From Eubacteriales bacterium (GTDB taxonomy: Bacteria; Bacillota; Clostridia; Oscillospirales; UMGS1783), in the NCBI GenBank assembly GCA_045541395.1, contig JAZQIZ010000001.1, positions 21,233 through 85,232 of the forward strand: 64,000 nucleotides of DNA, written 5' to 3'. The notes under the pieces are model-generated. The model saw nothing but the letters and a program-made list of their open reading frames with translations, was not told the origin of the DNA and ran no database searches. Below, piece after piece: positions 1-7,913 of this stretch (position 1 is its first letter; the number at the start of each line of letters is the position of its first letter). The position numbers were made by a program, and so were the translations under genes.

Positions 1-707
1 ATCTTAAATCTGCTACATTAGAAACCTGCGGTACTGCCCGTCAGATCAAGGTTTCCAAGGAAAACACCATTATTGTAGACGGTGCAGGTGCTCCCGAAGC
101 AATTCAGGGCAGAATCGCTCAGATTAAAGCTGCTATTGAAGTAACCACCAGTGAGTTCGATAAGGAAAAGCTTCAGGAACGTCTTGCTAAGCTTTCCGGC
201 GGTGTTGCCGTAATTAAGGTTGGCGCTGCTACCGAAATTGAAATGAAGGAAAAGAAATTAAGAATAGAAGATGCTCTTGCTGCAACCAAGGCTGCAGTAG
301 AAGAGGGCATTGTTGCTGGTGGCGGTGTTGCTCTCTTACAGGCTATCCCTGCAGTAAGTGCAACCGTTGATAGCCTTAACGGCGATGAAAAAACCGGCGC
401 AAATATTGTTCTTAAAGCTCTTCGTGCTCCTCTTTATCAGATAGCTGCAAACGCTGGTCTTGAAGGTTCTGTAATAGTAGATAAAATTATTACCTCCAAA
501 AAGAAAAACTACGGTTTTGATGCTTATAAGGAACAGTTCTGCGATATGTTCAAGGCCGGTATTATAGACCCTGCTAAGGTAACCCGAAGCGCTCTTCAGA
601 ACGCTGCATCTGTTGCCGCTATGGTTCTTACTACCGAAACCTTAGTTGCCGATATCAAAGAACCTGTTGCTCCTGCAGCACCTGCTGATATGGGCGGTAT
701 GTATTAA
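1..707 (+). CDS. groL: Chaperonin GroEL, C-terminal ~235 aa (5' end outside window; first full codon at nt 3)
   Basis: Translation reads ...[26 protein letters not shown]...[11 protein letters not shown]...[21 protein letters not shown]... and ends in the Gly/Met-rich tail PADMGGMY. A hairpin terminator follows. Confidence 0.95.
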   Translation, partial: LKSATLETCGTARQIKVSKENTIIVDGAGAPEAIQGRIAQIKAAIEVTTSEFDKEKLQERLAKLSGGVAVIKVGAATEIEMKEKKLRIEDALAATKAAVEEGIVAGGGVALLQAIPAVSATVDSLNGDEKTGANIVLKALRAPLYQIAANAGLEGSVIVDKIITSKKKNYGFDAYKEQFCDMFKAGIIDPAKVTRSALQNAASVAAMVLTTETLVADIKEPVAPAAPADMGGMY

Positions 708-722
708 TAAGCAAAAATTTAA

Positions 723-752
723 AAGGAATGGCCCTTGTGCCATTCCTTTTTG
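723..752 (+). terminator. Rho-independent terminator after groEL
   Basis: Stem aaggaatggc (723-732) pairs with gccattcctt (739-748); a T run follows. Confidence 0.85.
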
Positions 753-783
753 TGTGGTATAATCTCAAAAAAGGAGTGATATT

Positions 784-1464
784 ATGCTTAATTTCCTTGG
801 TACCGGCGGTGCCTTTGCCTTTGACTTGGGCAATAACAGCGCCTATTATAAAAAGGACGGGATGTTCCTTCTTATAGACTGTGGCGAAACCACAATGCAG
901 AAGCTCTATTTTAGTGATGTTTTAGATGACGTTCATACTGTCAATATTCTGATTACTCATACACATTCCGATCACGTTGGTTCTTTGGGTAGTTTTATAT
1001 TCCATTGTTCCGGCAAAAAGATCCCTAATATAAACATTATCTATCCTAATGTTCCTGTAATGAAGACTCTTTGTGAATTTTTCGGTACCGCAAGTCGTGT
1101 AACAAATTTTCTTACTCCCGAACAGGTTACCGATTTTCCGTTAAAGGCCTATAAGAATCTTCATGAAAAAATGGAGGCTTACGGCTACTTAATGGAGCTG
1201 GAAGGCAAGAAGATTTACTATTCGGGCGACAGTAAGTCTATCCATCAAGAACTTATAGACATGCTTGTAAATAATGAAATAGATTATTTCTATCAGGACC
1301 TTCGTGAAAAAGAAAACCTTTTCCATCTTTCCTTTGCCGAAATAGAAAAGCTTATCCCCAAGGAGTACAGAAGCAAAATAACCTGTATGCACTTTGATAA
1401 ATCTTCCGATATCCCTGTAATTGAAGCTATGGGCTACAAAACCGTAAAAATAATTCCCGACTGA
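784..1464 (+). CDS. MBL-fold metallo-hydrolase
   Basis: 226-aa ORF with HxHxDH motif (ITHTHSDHVGS). GGAG SD lies upstream of the ATG. Confidence 0.75.
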   Translation: MLNFLGTGGAFAFDLGNNSAYYKKDGMFLLIDCGETTMQKLYFSDVLDDVHTVNILITHTHSDHVGSLGSFIFHCSGKKIPNINIIYPNVPVMKTLCEFFGTASRVTNFLTPEQVTDFPLKAYKNLHEKMEAYGYLMELEGKKIYYSGDSKSIHQELIDMLVNNEIDYFYQDLREKENLFHLSFAEIEKLIPKEYRSKITCMHFDKSSDIPVIEAMGYKTVKIIPD

Positions 1465-1479
1465 TGTCGGGAATTTTCT
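1452..1479. terminator. Bidirectional hairpin terminator between convergent genes
   Basis: aattcccgac (1452-1461) pairs with gtcgggaatt (1466-1475). The loop contains the TGA stop; ttttc follows. Confidence 0.7.
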
Positions 1480-2070
1480 TTACCAGGAAAATCTCCTGTT
1501 CCATTCTATTTGCTCGGGGGTAAGCTCTTTAACTGTTTTGTTTACAATAAGCTCAGGGCAACTTTTTGTTTTAATTTGCTGTTCATTAACCTGCGCCCAG
1601 AAACTGCCGTCAATATCCCCGTTGTAAACAGTTTGGGGCAGGGAAACGGTGTTGAATAAGGAGCGTCTGCAAACAAGACCGTTATAGCCGTTTTTGCCCG
1701 TAGATTGTCCGTTAATTCTTACGTCCGGAAGCAATATCTGTTTTTTATCTGTAATATCATCAAGCTTTTCAAAAAAGTTAATGTCAACAGTATTTCCGTC
1801 CTCAATTATAAAAATGATCGGATCATTTTCAGATTTGGTATCAATGTATTCAATAGCTTTTGTTATGGCAATTCGTTTACCTGTATCGTAACCCATAGGC
1901 AAAAATTTAAAATTCTTAAATTGCTCAACAAAATTATTCAGGTAATTATTTGTGCTGTTATCGCAAACAACAACGTTTATCCCCTCAATATCTTTTAAAC
2001 AGGCAAACGTGTGTGATTGAGCGTAATTAATATCTTTAATTAAGTGAATAACAAAAATCTCATTTTGCAT
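1480..2070 (-). CDS. Hypothetical protein, 196 aa, weak GT-A (glycosyltransferase-2-like) pattern
   Basis: Clean ORF with SD (GGGAGAtgataatATG). VVVCDNSTNN and IIFIIEDGN resemble the nucleotide-sugar/DxD regions of GT-A folds. No confident family assignment. Confidence 0.4.
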   Translation of the reverse strand: MQNEIFVIHLIKDINYAQSHTFACLKDIEGINVVVCDNSTNNYLNNFVEQFKNFKFLPMGYDTGKRIAITKAIEYIDTKSENDPIIFIIEDGNTVDINFFEKLDDITDKKQILLPDVRINGQSTGKNGYNGLVCRRSLFNTVSLPQTVYNGDIDGSFWAQVNEQQIKTKSCPELIVNKTVKELTPEQIEWNRRFSW

Positions 2071-2188
2071 ATTATCATCTCCCGAATTTATTATATCACT
2101 TTTAAATAAAATTCACAATTACCTATAGAAAATTTAAAAAATATATAGTATAATTATCTTGCAATAAAAAAATTCGGAGGATTATACT

Positions 2189-2731
2189 ATGGCTAAATTT
2201 GTATGCAGTGTATGCGGTTACGTTCATGAAGGCGATTCTGCTCCTGAATTCTGCCCTCAGTGCAAGGTTCCCGCTTCTAAGTTTATTGAACAGAAGGAAG
2301 AAATGTCTTGGGCAGCTGAACACGTTGTAGGCGTTGCACAGGGCGTTAGCGAAGATATTATGGAAGATCTTCGCGCTAACTTTATGGGCGAATGCACCGA
2401 AGTTGGTATGTATCTTGCTATGGCAAGAGTTGCTCATAGAGAAGGCTATCCCGAAATAGGCCTTTATTGGGAAAAGGCAGCTTGGGAAGAAGCTGAACAT
2501 GCTGCAAAGTTCGCTGAACTCTTAGGCGAAGTTGTAACTGACTCCACCAAGAAGAACCTTGAAATGCGTGTTGAAGCTGAAAACGGCGCTACCGCCGGCA
2601 AAACTGATCTTGCTAAGCGCGCAAAGGCTGCAAACCTCGATGCTATCCATGATACCGTTCATGAAATGGCTCGTGACGAAGCTCGTCACGGCAAGGCTTT
2701 AGCAGGTCTTTTAAAGAGATACTTCGGCTAA
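2189..2731 (+). CDS. rbr: Reverse rubrerythrin (N-terminal rubredoxin-like CxxC..CxxC domain plus C-terminal diiron ferritin-like domain)
   Basis: N-terminus is [10 protein letters not shown]...FCPQCKV. Two ExxH diiron motifs follow ([18 protein letters not shown]). SD GGAGG upstream. Confidence 0.85.
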   Translation: MAKFVCSVCGYVHEGDSAPEFCPQCKVPASKFIEQKEEMSWAAEHVVGVAQGVSEDIMEDLRANFMGECTEVGMYLAMARVAHREGYPEIGLYWEKAAWEEAEHAAKFAELLGEVVTDSTKKNLEMRVEAENGATAGKTDLAKRAKAANLDAIHDTVHEMARDEARHGKALAGLLKRYFG

Positions 2732-2742
2732 TAATACTAAAA

Positions 2743-2778
2743 TAAAAAGGGAATGGATTTTTCCATTCCCTTTTTTTA
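2743..2778. terminator. Bidirectional terminator
   Basis: aagggaatgga (2747-2757) pairs with tccattccctt (2762-2772). A runs lie upstream and a T7 run downstream. Confidence 0.85.
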
Positions 2779-3174
2779 TTATTTAGATTCATATGAGTAG
2801 TTTTTCTTGTCTTTATAAACAGTATTTCCTATTTTATATAGCTTAGTTCCTTGGATTTTTGCCATTGCGCGGGAAACTAATTCGGTTTCCTCGTCGGTAT
2901 TAGGCTTGGCAAGTAAATCTGCTGCCGCAACCCAGCAAAAAGAATCATCTTGCGCAAGTAATATATTTGCAGCCTCACATTTTTGTTCGGAAGTAAGAAA
3001 TTCACCGTGAATAACTTTGGTTAGGAAATGCCCTGCCTTTGAGCAGGTTATGGCGGAAACATAGTTACTCAGTCCGGAATTAAGAATATTTGCTTGCGCG
3101 ATTGCGTTGCCTGAGGAAATGGCGCTTACGTAATCGCTCCCTGTTTGTGGTAGTATTTTTGGAATTGCATGCAA
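2779..3174 (-). CDS. Hypothetical protein, 131 aa (uncertain gene)
   Basis: ORF with a TTG start and no recognisable SD. No motif recognised. Could be a gene remnant. Confidence 0.3.
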   Translation of the reverse strand: MHAIPKILPQTGSDYVSAISSGNAIAQANILNSGLSNYVSAITCSKAGHFLTKVIHGEFLTSEQKCEAANILLAQDDSFCWVAAADLLAKPNTDEETELVSRAMAKIQGTKLYKIGNTVYKDKKNYSYESK

Positions 3175-3288
3175 ATAACAGAAATCAAACTGCTGTAATT
3201 ATCATACAATGATCATAAGGTAAACTATTCCGTTTGTCAAATGGTAGACAAAAACTTTGGGATGTGATATATTATTATAGGTGATGCT

Positions 3289-3855
3289 ATGAAAAAATAT
3301 CTTTTGTTTTATTTGATTGCCGCTTTGGGCGTAGTGATCTACTTCCTTGTTTCTATGAATGCTTCGCCATTTTTAAGGGCGGGAATCCTTGCTGCGGTAG
3401 GCATATTTGCATATATTGGCTGTATTACAAGTAAGAATAAACAACATACTAAAATTGCTTTGGCAGTTTCCTTTGTGCTGTATCTACATCTTCTTGTTTC
3501 AATGTTGTTTTTAGATAGTTATTTTGGCAGAACAACCGTTTCTCCTTCAGTAAACCTTATACCTTTTAAAACAATTAGTTCTTTCTTTTATGCAGATACT
3601 TATTCGTTTTTGGTAAACATAATCGGAAATCTTGTGGTGTTTATGCCTTTTGCGTTCTTTATGCCTCAGCTTTATAAACTTCAAAGAAAACCGTGGATCT
3701 TTATTTTAACAGTATTTGCAGTCGTTGCTGTTGCTGAAGTTATGCAGTATTTTATCGGTTGTGGTGCCTGCGATATAGATGATCTTATTTTAAACGTATT
3801 GGGCGCAATTATTGCCTTTTTTGTTTTTAAACCTATAATAAAAACGGGTGCATGA
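3289..3855 (+). CDS. VanZ-family membrane protein
   Basis: 188 aa with 5-6 hydrophobic segments. VanZ-like pattern: NLIPFKTI...NIIGNLVVFMPFAFF...DIDDLILNVLGA. Confidence 0.7.
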   Translation: MKKYLLFYLIAALGVVIYFLVSMNASPFLRAGILAAVGIFAYIGCITSKNKQHTKIALAVSFVLYLHLLVSMLFLDSYFGRTTVSPSVNLIPFKTISSFFYADTYSFLVNIIGNLVVFMPFAFFMPQLYKLQRKPWIFILTVFAVVAVAEVMQYFIGCGACDIDDLILNVLGAIIAFFVFKPIIKTGA

Positions 3856-3872
3856 TCGCACCCGTTTTTTTT
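3841..3872. terminator. Bidirectional terminator
   Basis: aaaacgggtgc (3841-3851) pairs with gcacccgtttt (3858-3868), followed by a T run. It overlaps both stop codons. Confidence 0.85.
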
Positions 3873-4689
3873 ATGTTGCGTTTCCGCCACCGTCAAGGAA
3901 TATAACGTTACCGGTCATAAACTTTGAGTTGTCACTTGCCAGATAAACAGTAATACCTACTATCTCCTCAGGGAAGCCAAATCTGCCTATAGGATGTCTT
4001 TCAAGCCACTTATCTGCATAATCGGGCTCCTTGTCGATACAGGCCTGTAAAAGGGGAGTATAGAAGGTACCGGGCATAATAATGTTAGAACGAACGCCTT
4101 TCTTGCACCAGTCAATAGCCGTAGCTTTTGTGAGCTGAACCATGCCTCCCTTACTTGCGCAGTATGCTGCAGAATTGGGAATTGCAACTGCGCCCGCGCC
4201 AGAGCCAATGTTAATAATACTGCCGTTGCCTTGCTTAAGCATTACTCTGCCTGCATATTTTGTACAAAGGAAGCAGGATTTCATATTTATATCTATAATT
4301 CTGTCAAATTCTTCGTCAGGGAAATCTTCCAGTGCGCAACGGTAAGTGGTACCTGCGTTGTTTACAAGCACGTCAATACGGCCAAAACGCTCAACAGTTG
4401 CGTTAACCATCGCCTGAACCTGCTCGCTAACGCTAACGTCGGCGCAGAAGTATTCAACGTCAAAATCCTTCAATTCTTCCTTGGTTTCCTGTAAAGGGCC
4501 TTCTTTTCTTGCTACCAGCATTACAGAAGCGCCTGCCATAGCAAGCCCTTTTGCCATTTCATGGCCAAGACCGGAGCTTGCGCCTGTAACAATAGCAACC
4601 TTACCTGTAAGATCAAAAAGTTTCAGGGCAGGAGGTAAAGTTTCCTGCTGTGTGGTAATATCCAAATACTTAATTCTGCTGTCTGCCAT
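3871..4689 (-). CDS. SDR-family oxidoreductase (gluconate-5-dehydrogenase-like)
   Basis: TGASSGLG cofactor motif, NNAG, and catalytic YCASKGG. Confidence 0.85.
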   Translation of the reverse strand: MADSRIKYLDITTQQETLPPALKLFDLTGKVAIVTGASSGLGHEMAKGLAMAGASVMLVARKEGPLQETKEELKDFDVEYFCADVSVSEQVQAMVNATVERFGRIDVLVNNAGTTYRCALEDFPDEEFDRIIDINMKSCFLCTKYAGRVMLKQGNGSIINIGSGAGAVAIPNSAAYCASKGGMVQLTKATAIDWCKKGVRSNIIMPGTFYTPLLQACIDKEPDYADKWLERHPIGRFGFPEEIVGITVYLASDNSKFMTGNVIFLDGGGNAT

Positions 4690-5315
4690 TATGCGAAAAT
4701 CTCCTTAACCTTTTCTATAACTGCTTGGGCAAGCTTTGCGTGGTTCTCTTCATCCATATGCACGGCATCTGCCTTACCGGGAGCAGCTACCTGCTGTGCA
4801 TCAATAAAGTAACATCCGTACTGCATTGCAATGGAATTAAAGAAGAACGGGAACATTCTGCTTTCCTCATAGCAGCTTTCGTCAAGTACCCAAAGCGGGC
4901 CCATATCCTTTCTCTCGTAACCAATAACTATAGGTGAGATAACAAGAATGGGAACGTTATTCCCTAGTATCTCTCTTGTTTTGGCTATCAGCATACCAAC
5001 ACCCTGTGCAGACCCCCCTGCGCGGCCGCAAACGTTGACCTTAAGATCGTTTGTGCCAATGCTTATAATAACAAGGTCAAGAGGTGACTGGCTCTTTAAA
5101 CAGGGCTCCAGATATTTAAGACCGTTTGCGCCGGGAGTTAAAACGTCGTCAAACGCGGAAGTCCTGCCGTTTAATCCTTCTTCAATTACTGTATATTCGG
5201 GGAAGGCTGCCTGTAAGCGCCCTGTCCACCTGATATCCTCAGAATATCTTTCGCCCTTGCCGCCAATAAAACCCCATGTATTAGAGTCGCCGAAACATAA
5301 AATTCTTTTTTTCAT
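4689..5315 (-). CDS. SGNH/GDSL hydrolase
   Basis: Block I CFGDSNTWG, block III GTND, C-terminal DAVH. Its stop overlaps the SDR start (TAATG), indicating translational coupling. Confidence 0.8.
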   Translation of the reverse strand: MKKRILCFGDSNTWGFIGGKGERYSEDIRWTGRLQAAFPEYTVIEEGLNGRTSAFDDVLTPGANGLKYLEPCLKSQSPLDLVIISIGTNDLKVNVCGRAGGSAQGVGMLIAKTREILGNNVPILVISPIVIGYERKDMGPLWVLDESCYEESRMFPFFFNSIAMQYGCYFIDAQQVAAPGKADAVHMDEENHAKLAQAVIEKVKEIFA

Positions 5316-5369
5316 ATTTGCCGTCCCTTCCGTAAATTATTGTTTTAAGTATATCACCTATTTTGAATA

Positions 5370-5397
5370 TTGACAATATCAAATTTTGTGCTATAAT
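5370..5397 (+). promoter_or_regulatory. SigmaA-type promoter of the csoR-ATPase operon
   Basis: TTGACA (5370-5375), 16-nt spacer, extended -10 TGcTATAAT (5389-5397). Confidence 0.7.
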
Positions 5398-5402
5398 AAA
5401 AA

Positions 5403-5421
5403 TATACCCTACGGGGGTATA
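5403..5421 (+). promoter_or_regulatory. CsoR-type operator (GC-cored pseudo-palindrome)
   Basis: tataccc-tac-gggggtata lies immediately downstream of the -10. It resembles the TACCC..GGGGGTA operator type bound by Cu-sensing CsoR in Bacillus (recalled from memory). Confidence 0.6.
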
Positions 5422-5437
5422 GTATATGGAGGTAATT

Positions 5438-5710
5438 ATGTGTAACGAATACTCTAAAAACATAGAAACCCGCTTATCCCGTATAGAGGGTCAAATTAAG
5501 GGCATAAAGCAAATGGCTGGTGAGGGCAGGGAGTGTGAGGATATTATAGTTCAGCTTTCCGCTGTAAACTCTGCTATTACAAATGTTGCCCGTCTTATTC
5601 TTGAACACCATATTGAACACTGTGTTGTAGACGGCATTAAGAATTCTGACGAGGCTAAAACTATCGAGAATTTAAAAACCGCTGTTTCTGCTTTTTCTAA
5701 AATGAAGTGA
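5438..5710 (+). CDS. csoR: CsoR/RcnR-family metal-sensing repressor
   Basis: RLSRIEGQIKGIKQM, with C(x24)H(x3)C ligand pattern (RECEDII...LEHHIEHC). GGAGG lies 5 nt before the ATG at 5438; the track start at 5426 lacks an SD. Confidence 0.85.
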   Translation: MCNEYSKNIETRLSRIEGQIKGIKQMAGEGRECEDIIVQLSAVNSAITNVARLILEHHIEHCVVDGIKNSDEAKTIENLKTAVSAFSKMK

Positions 5711-5717
5711 GGTAAAT

Positions 5718-7760
5718 ATGTCTGAACATAAAGAAGTCCAAAGCTGCTGCTGTGGTCATGATCATGACCATTGCGGCTGTGAGCACCAGCATCATGAACA
5801 TCACGACCATTGCGGCTGTGAGCACGAGCATCATGAACATCACGACCACTGCGGCTGCGAGCACGAGCATCATGAACATCACGACCATTGCGGCTGTCAT
5901 CACGAGCATCACGAACATACCTGCACTTGCGGCTGTCATCACGAGCATCATGACTATAAAACAATGTGTTTGCGCATAGGACTCAGTGTTCTCCTTTCTG
6001 TTTTAGGTCTGTTTTTAAACGGTTGGGTTTCAGTCGTTTCCTTTGCTGCCGCATATATTATTATAGGTTGCGATATATTAGCCGGCTCGGTAAAAGATAT
6101 ATTTAAATATCACGTGCTTGGCGAGAACCTGCTTATGACAGTAGCATCCTTAGGTGCTTTTGCTCTCGGGGAATACATAGAGGCCGTTGCAGTTATGCTT
6201 CTTTACCAGATTGGAGAGTTACTGCAAGACAGGGCGGTTGAAAAAAGCCGTAACGCCATAAGTGCTCTCAGTTCCATAAGAAGCGAGACCGTTAACCTCG
6301 AATGTGACGGTATCTTGAAGGTAGTAGACGTTCATTCTGTCAGAACAGGCGATATTTTTATTGTAAAAGCAGGCGAGCTTATTGCTCTTGACGGCAAAAT
6401 AATTTCCGGATCATGCGAGGTAGATACAAAAGCCTTAACAGGTGAAAGCCTTCCCGTATTTAAAGAGGCTGGTGATACGGTTTTAGGCGGATCCACCAAC
6501 CTGAACGGTCTTATCAGGGTTGAAGCTTCAAGTGAATACTTTGGTTCTACTGTTGCAAAAATATTGCGTCTTGTGGAGGAATCTGAATCTCGCAAATCTA
6601 ATGCTGAAAGCTTTATAAGAAAATTTGCCAAGATTTATACACCTGTTGTGTTTTTCGTTGCGGTATTTGTTGCGTTTGTTCTTCCTTTGATTTTTGGTAG
6701 ACCCTTTAGTGAGTATATTTACAGTGCTCTCGTATTTCTAACGGTTTCTTGCCCGTGCGCCCTTGTAATAAGCGTTCCTCTTACTTATTTTGCAGGTATA
6801 GGTGGTGCATCCAAGAAAGGCATTCTTGTAAAGGGCGCAAACTTTATAGATATGCTTGCTAAGGCTGATTCCTTTGTTTTTGATAAAACAGGCACCCTTA
6901 CCGAAGGAGAATTTTCCGTAACCGGCCTTTATCCCGAAGGTGTATCAGAAGAAGAACTTCTAAATATAATCTGCTCCGCTGAATCGGGCTCAAATCATCC
7001 TGTTGCTCTTGCTGTTTGTAAATACAACGGAAATAAAGAGAATGATATAATTGATATTAAGGAAATAGCGGGCAGGGGAGTAATTGCAAAAACTCAATAT
7101 GGTACCGTTATTGTAGGTAATTCAAAACTACTGGAAGATGAAGGAATTGGCTTGAAAACTTGCATTTTTGAGGGTAGTGTGCTTTATGTTGCGCTTGAAG
7201 GAAAATATATAGGCGCTGTTACTGTAAACGTTAAGGTCAAAGATGAGGCCAAGGAAACAATAAATAGGCTTAAGGTCTTGAATATTCAGAATATTTCAAT
7301 GCTTACAGGTGATAATGAATTGGCTGCCGCTTCGGTAGCAAAAGAACTTGGTATAATTAATTATAAAGCGGGCCTGCTTCCTCAGGATAAGGTCAGTGCT
7401 TATGAGCACTCCAAGGGAAAAATAACTGTATTTGTAGGTGACGGTATTAACGATGCACCTGTTCTTAACGTCGCAGACGTAGGTATTGCAATGGGTGGTA
7501 TCGGCAGTGACAGCGCAATTGAAGCCGCCGACGTGATAATTATGGACGATAATTTAAACCGAATAGCCGACGGTATTTCTGTTTGCCGCAAAACAAGGCG
7601 GATAGCCTTGCAGAATGTTATACTGGCTCTTGCTGTCAAAACAGCCGTTATGGTCCTCGGCCTCTTTGGCCTTATGTGGCTCTGGCTTTCAATTATTGCC
7701 GATGTTGGCGTTTGTATGGTTGCTGTTCTTAATTCGTTAAGAGCCTTGAAAACTAAATAG
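5718..7760 (+). CDS. Heavy-metal P1B-type ATPase, Zn/Cd/Pb (P1B-2)-like, with His/Cys-rich N-terminal tail
   Basis: DKTGTLT, TGES, GDGINDAP, TM6 SCPCALVIS, TM8 ADVG...LNSLR (the DxG type, not the MxxSS of CopA). The N-terminal ~75 aa consist of DHCGCEHEHHEHH repeats. Confidence 0.9.
   Translation: MSEHKEVQSCCCGHDHDHCGCEHQHHEHHDHCGCEHEHHEHHDHCGCEHEHHEHHDHCGCHHEHHEHTCTCGCHHEHHDYKTMCLRIGLSVLLSVLGLFLNGWVSVVSFAAAYIIIGCDILAGSVKDIFKYHVLGENLLMTVASLGAFALGEYIEAVAVMLLYQIGELLQDRAVEKSRNAISALSSIRSETVNLECDGILKVVDVHSVRTGDIFIVKAGELIALDGKIISGSCEVDTKALTGESLPVFKEAGDTVLGGSTNLNGLIRVEASSEYFGSTVAKILRLVEESESRKSNAESFIRKFAKIYTPVVFFVAVFVAFVLPLIFGRPFSEYIYSALVFLTVSCPCALVISVPLTYFAGIGGASKKGILVKGANFIDMLAKADSFVFDKTGTLTEGEFSVTGLYPEGVSEEELLNIICSAESGSNHPVALAVCKYNGNKENDIIDIKEIAGRGVIAKTQYGTVIVGNSKLLEDEGIGLKTCIFEGSVLYVALEGKYIGAVTVNVKVKDEAKETINRLKVLNIQNISMLTGDNELAAASVAKELGIINYKAGLLPQDKVSAYEHSKGKITVFVGDGINDAPVLNVADVGIAMGGIGSDSAIEAADVIIMDDNLNRIADGISVCRKTRRIALQNVILALAVKTAVMVLGLFGLMWLWLSIIADVGVCMVAVLNSLRALKTK
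5766..5954 (+). repeat. In-frame 39-bp tandem repeat (~4.8 copies) encoding DHCGCEH(E/Q)HHEHH
   Basis: Units start at 5766, 5805, 5844, 5883 and 5922 (partial). The first three differ by 1-3 nt. Confidence 0.95.
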
Positions 7761-7771
7761 TCACATCCTTT

Positions 7772-7817
7772 GGGAGGGTATTCGCTTTTAATTGCGTTTA
7801 TCCTCCTATTTTTTTTG
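7772..7817 (+). terminator. Putative terminator after the ATPase gene
   Basis: ggagggta (7773-7780) pairs with tatcctcc (7799-7806), with an inner cgc/gcg pair, followed by tatttttttt. Confidence 0.55.
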
Positions 7818-7847
7818 CTATATTAATGAAATTTTTTATCTAAAAAC

Positions 7848-7876
7848 TTGCTTTTTTCAAAAAAAATTGTTATTAT
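7848..7876 (+). promoter_or_regulatory. gdhA promoter
   Basis: TTGCTT, 17-nt spacer, TGtTATTAT. Confidence 0.55.
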
Positions 7877-7913
7877 ATAGTGTAAGTTATTAATTTAGTA
7901 AGGAGGCTTACTT

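Noticed and set aside
2140-2160. PerR/Fur-like box at the rubrerythrin promoter (tagtataattatct)
   Set aside because: Only an 8-bp ATAATTAT core overlaps the -10, which is indistinguishable from AT-rich promoter sequence.
5551-5979. Three overlapping ORFs (137, 84 and 75 aa) in other frames or on the other strand of the ATPase 5' repeat
   Set aside because: They are frame artefacts of the 39-bp His/Cys repeat. The + frame at 5718 continues into a complete P-type ATPase.
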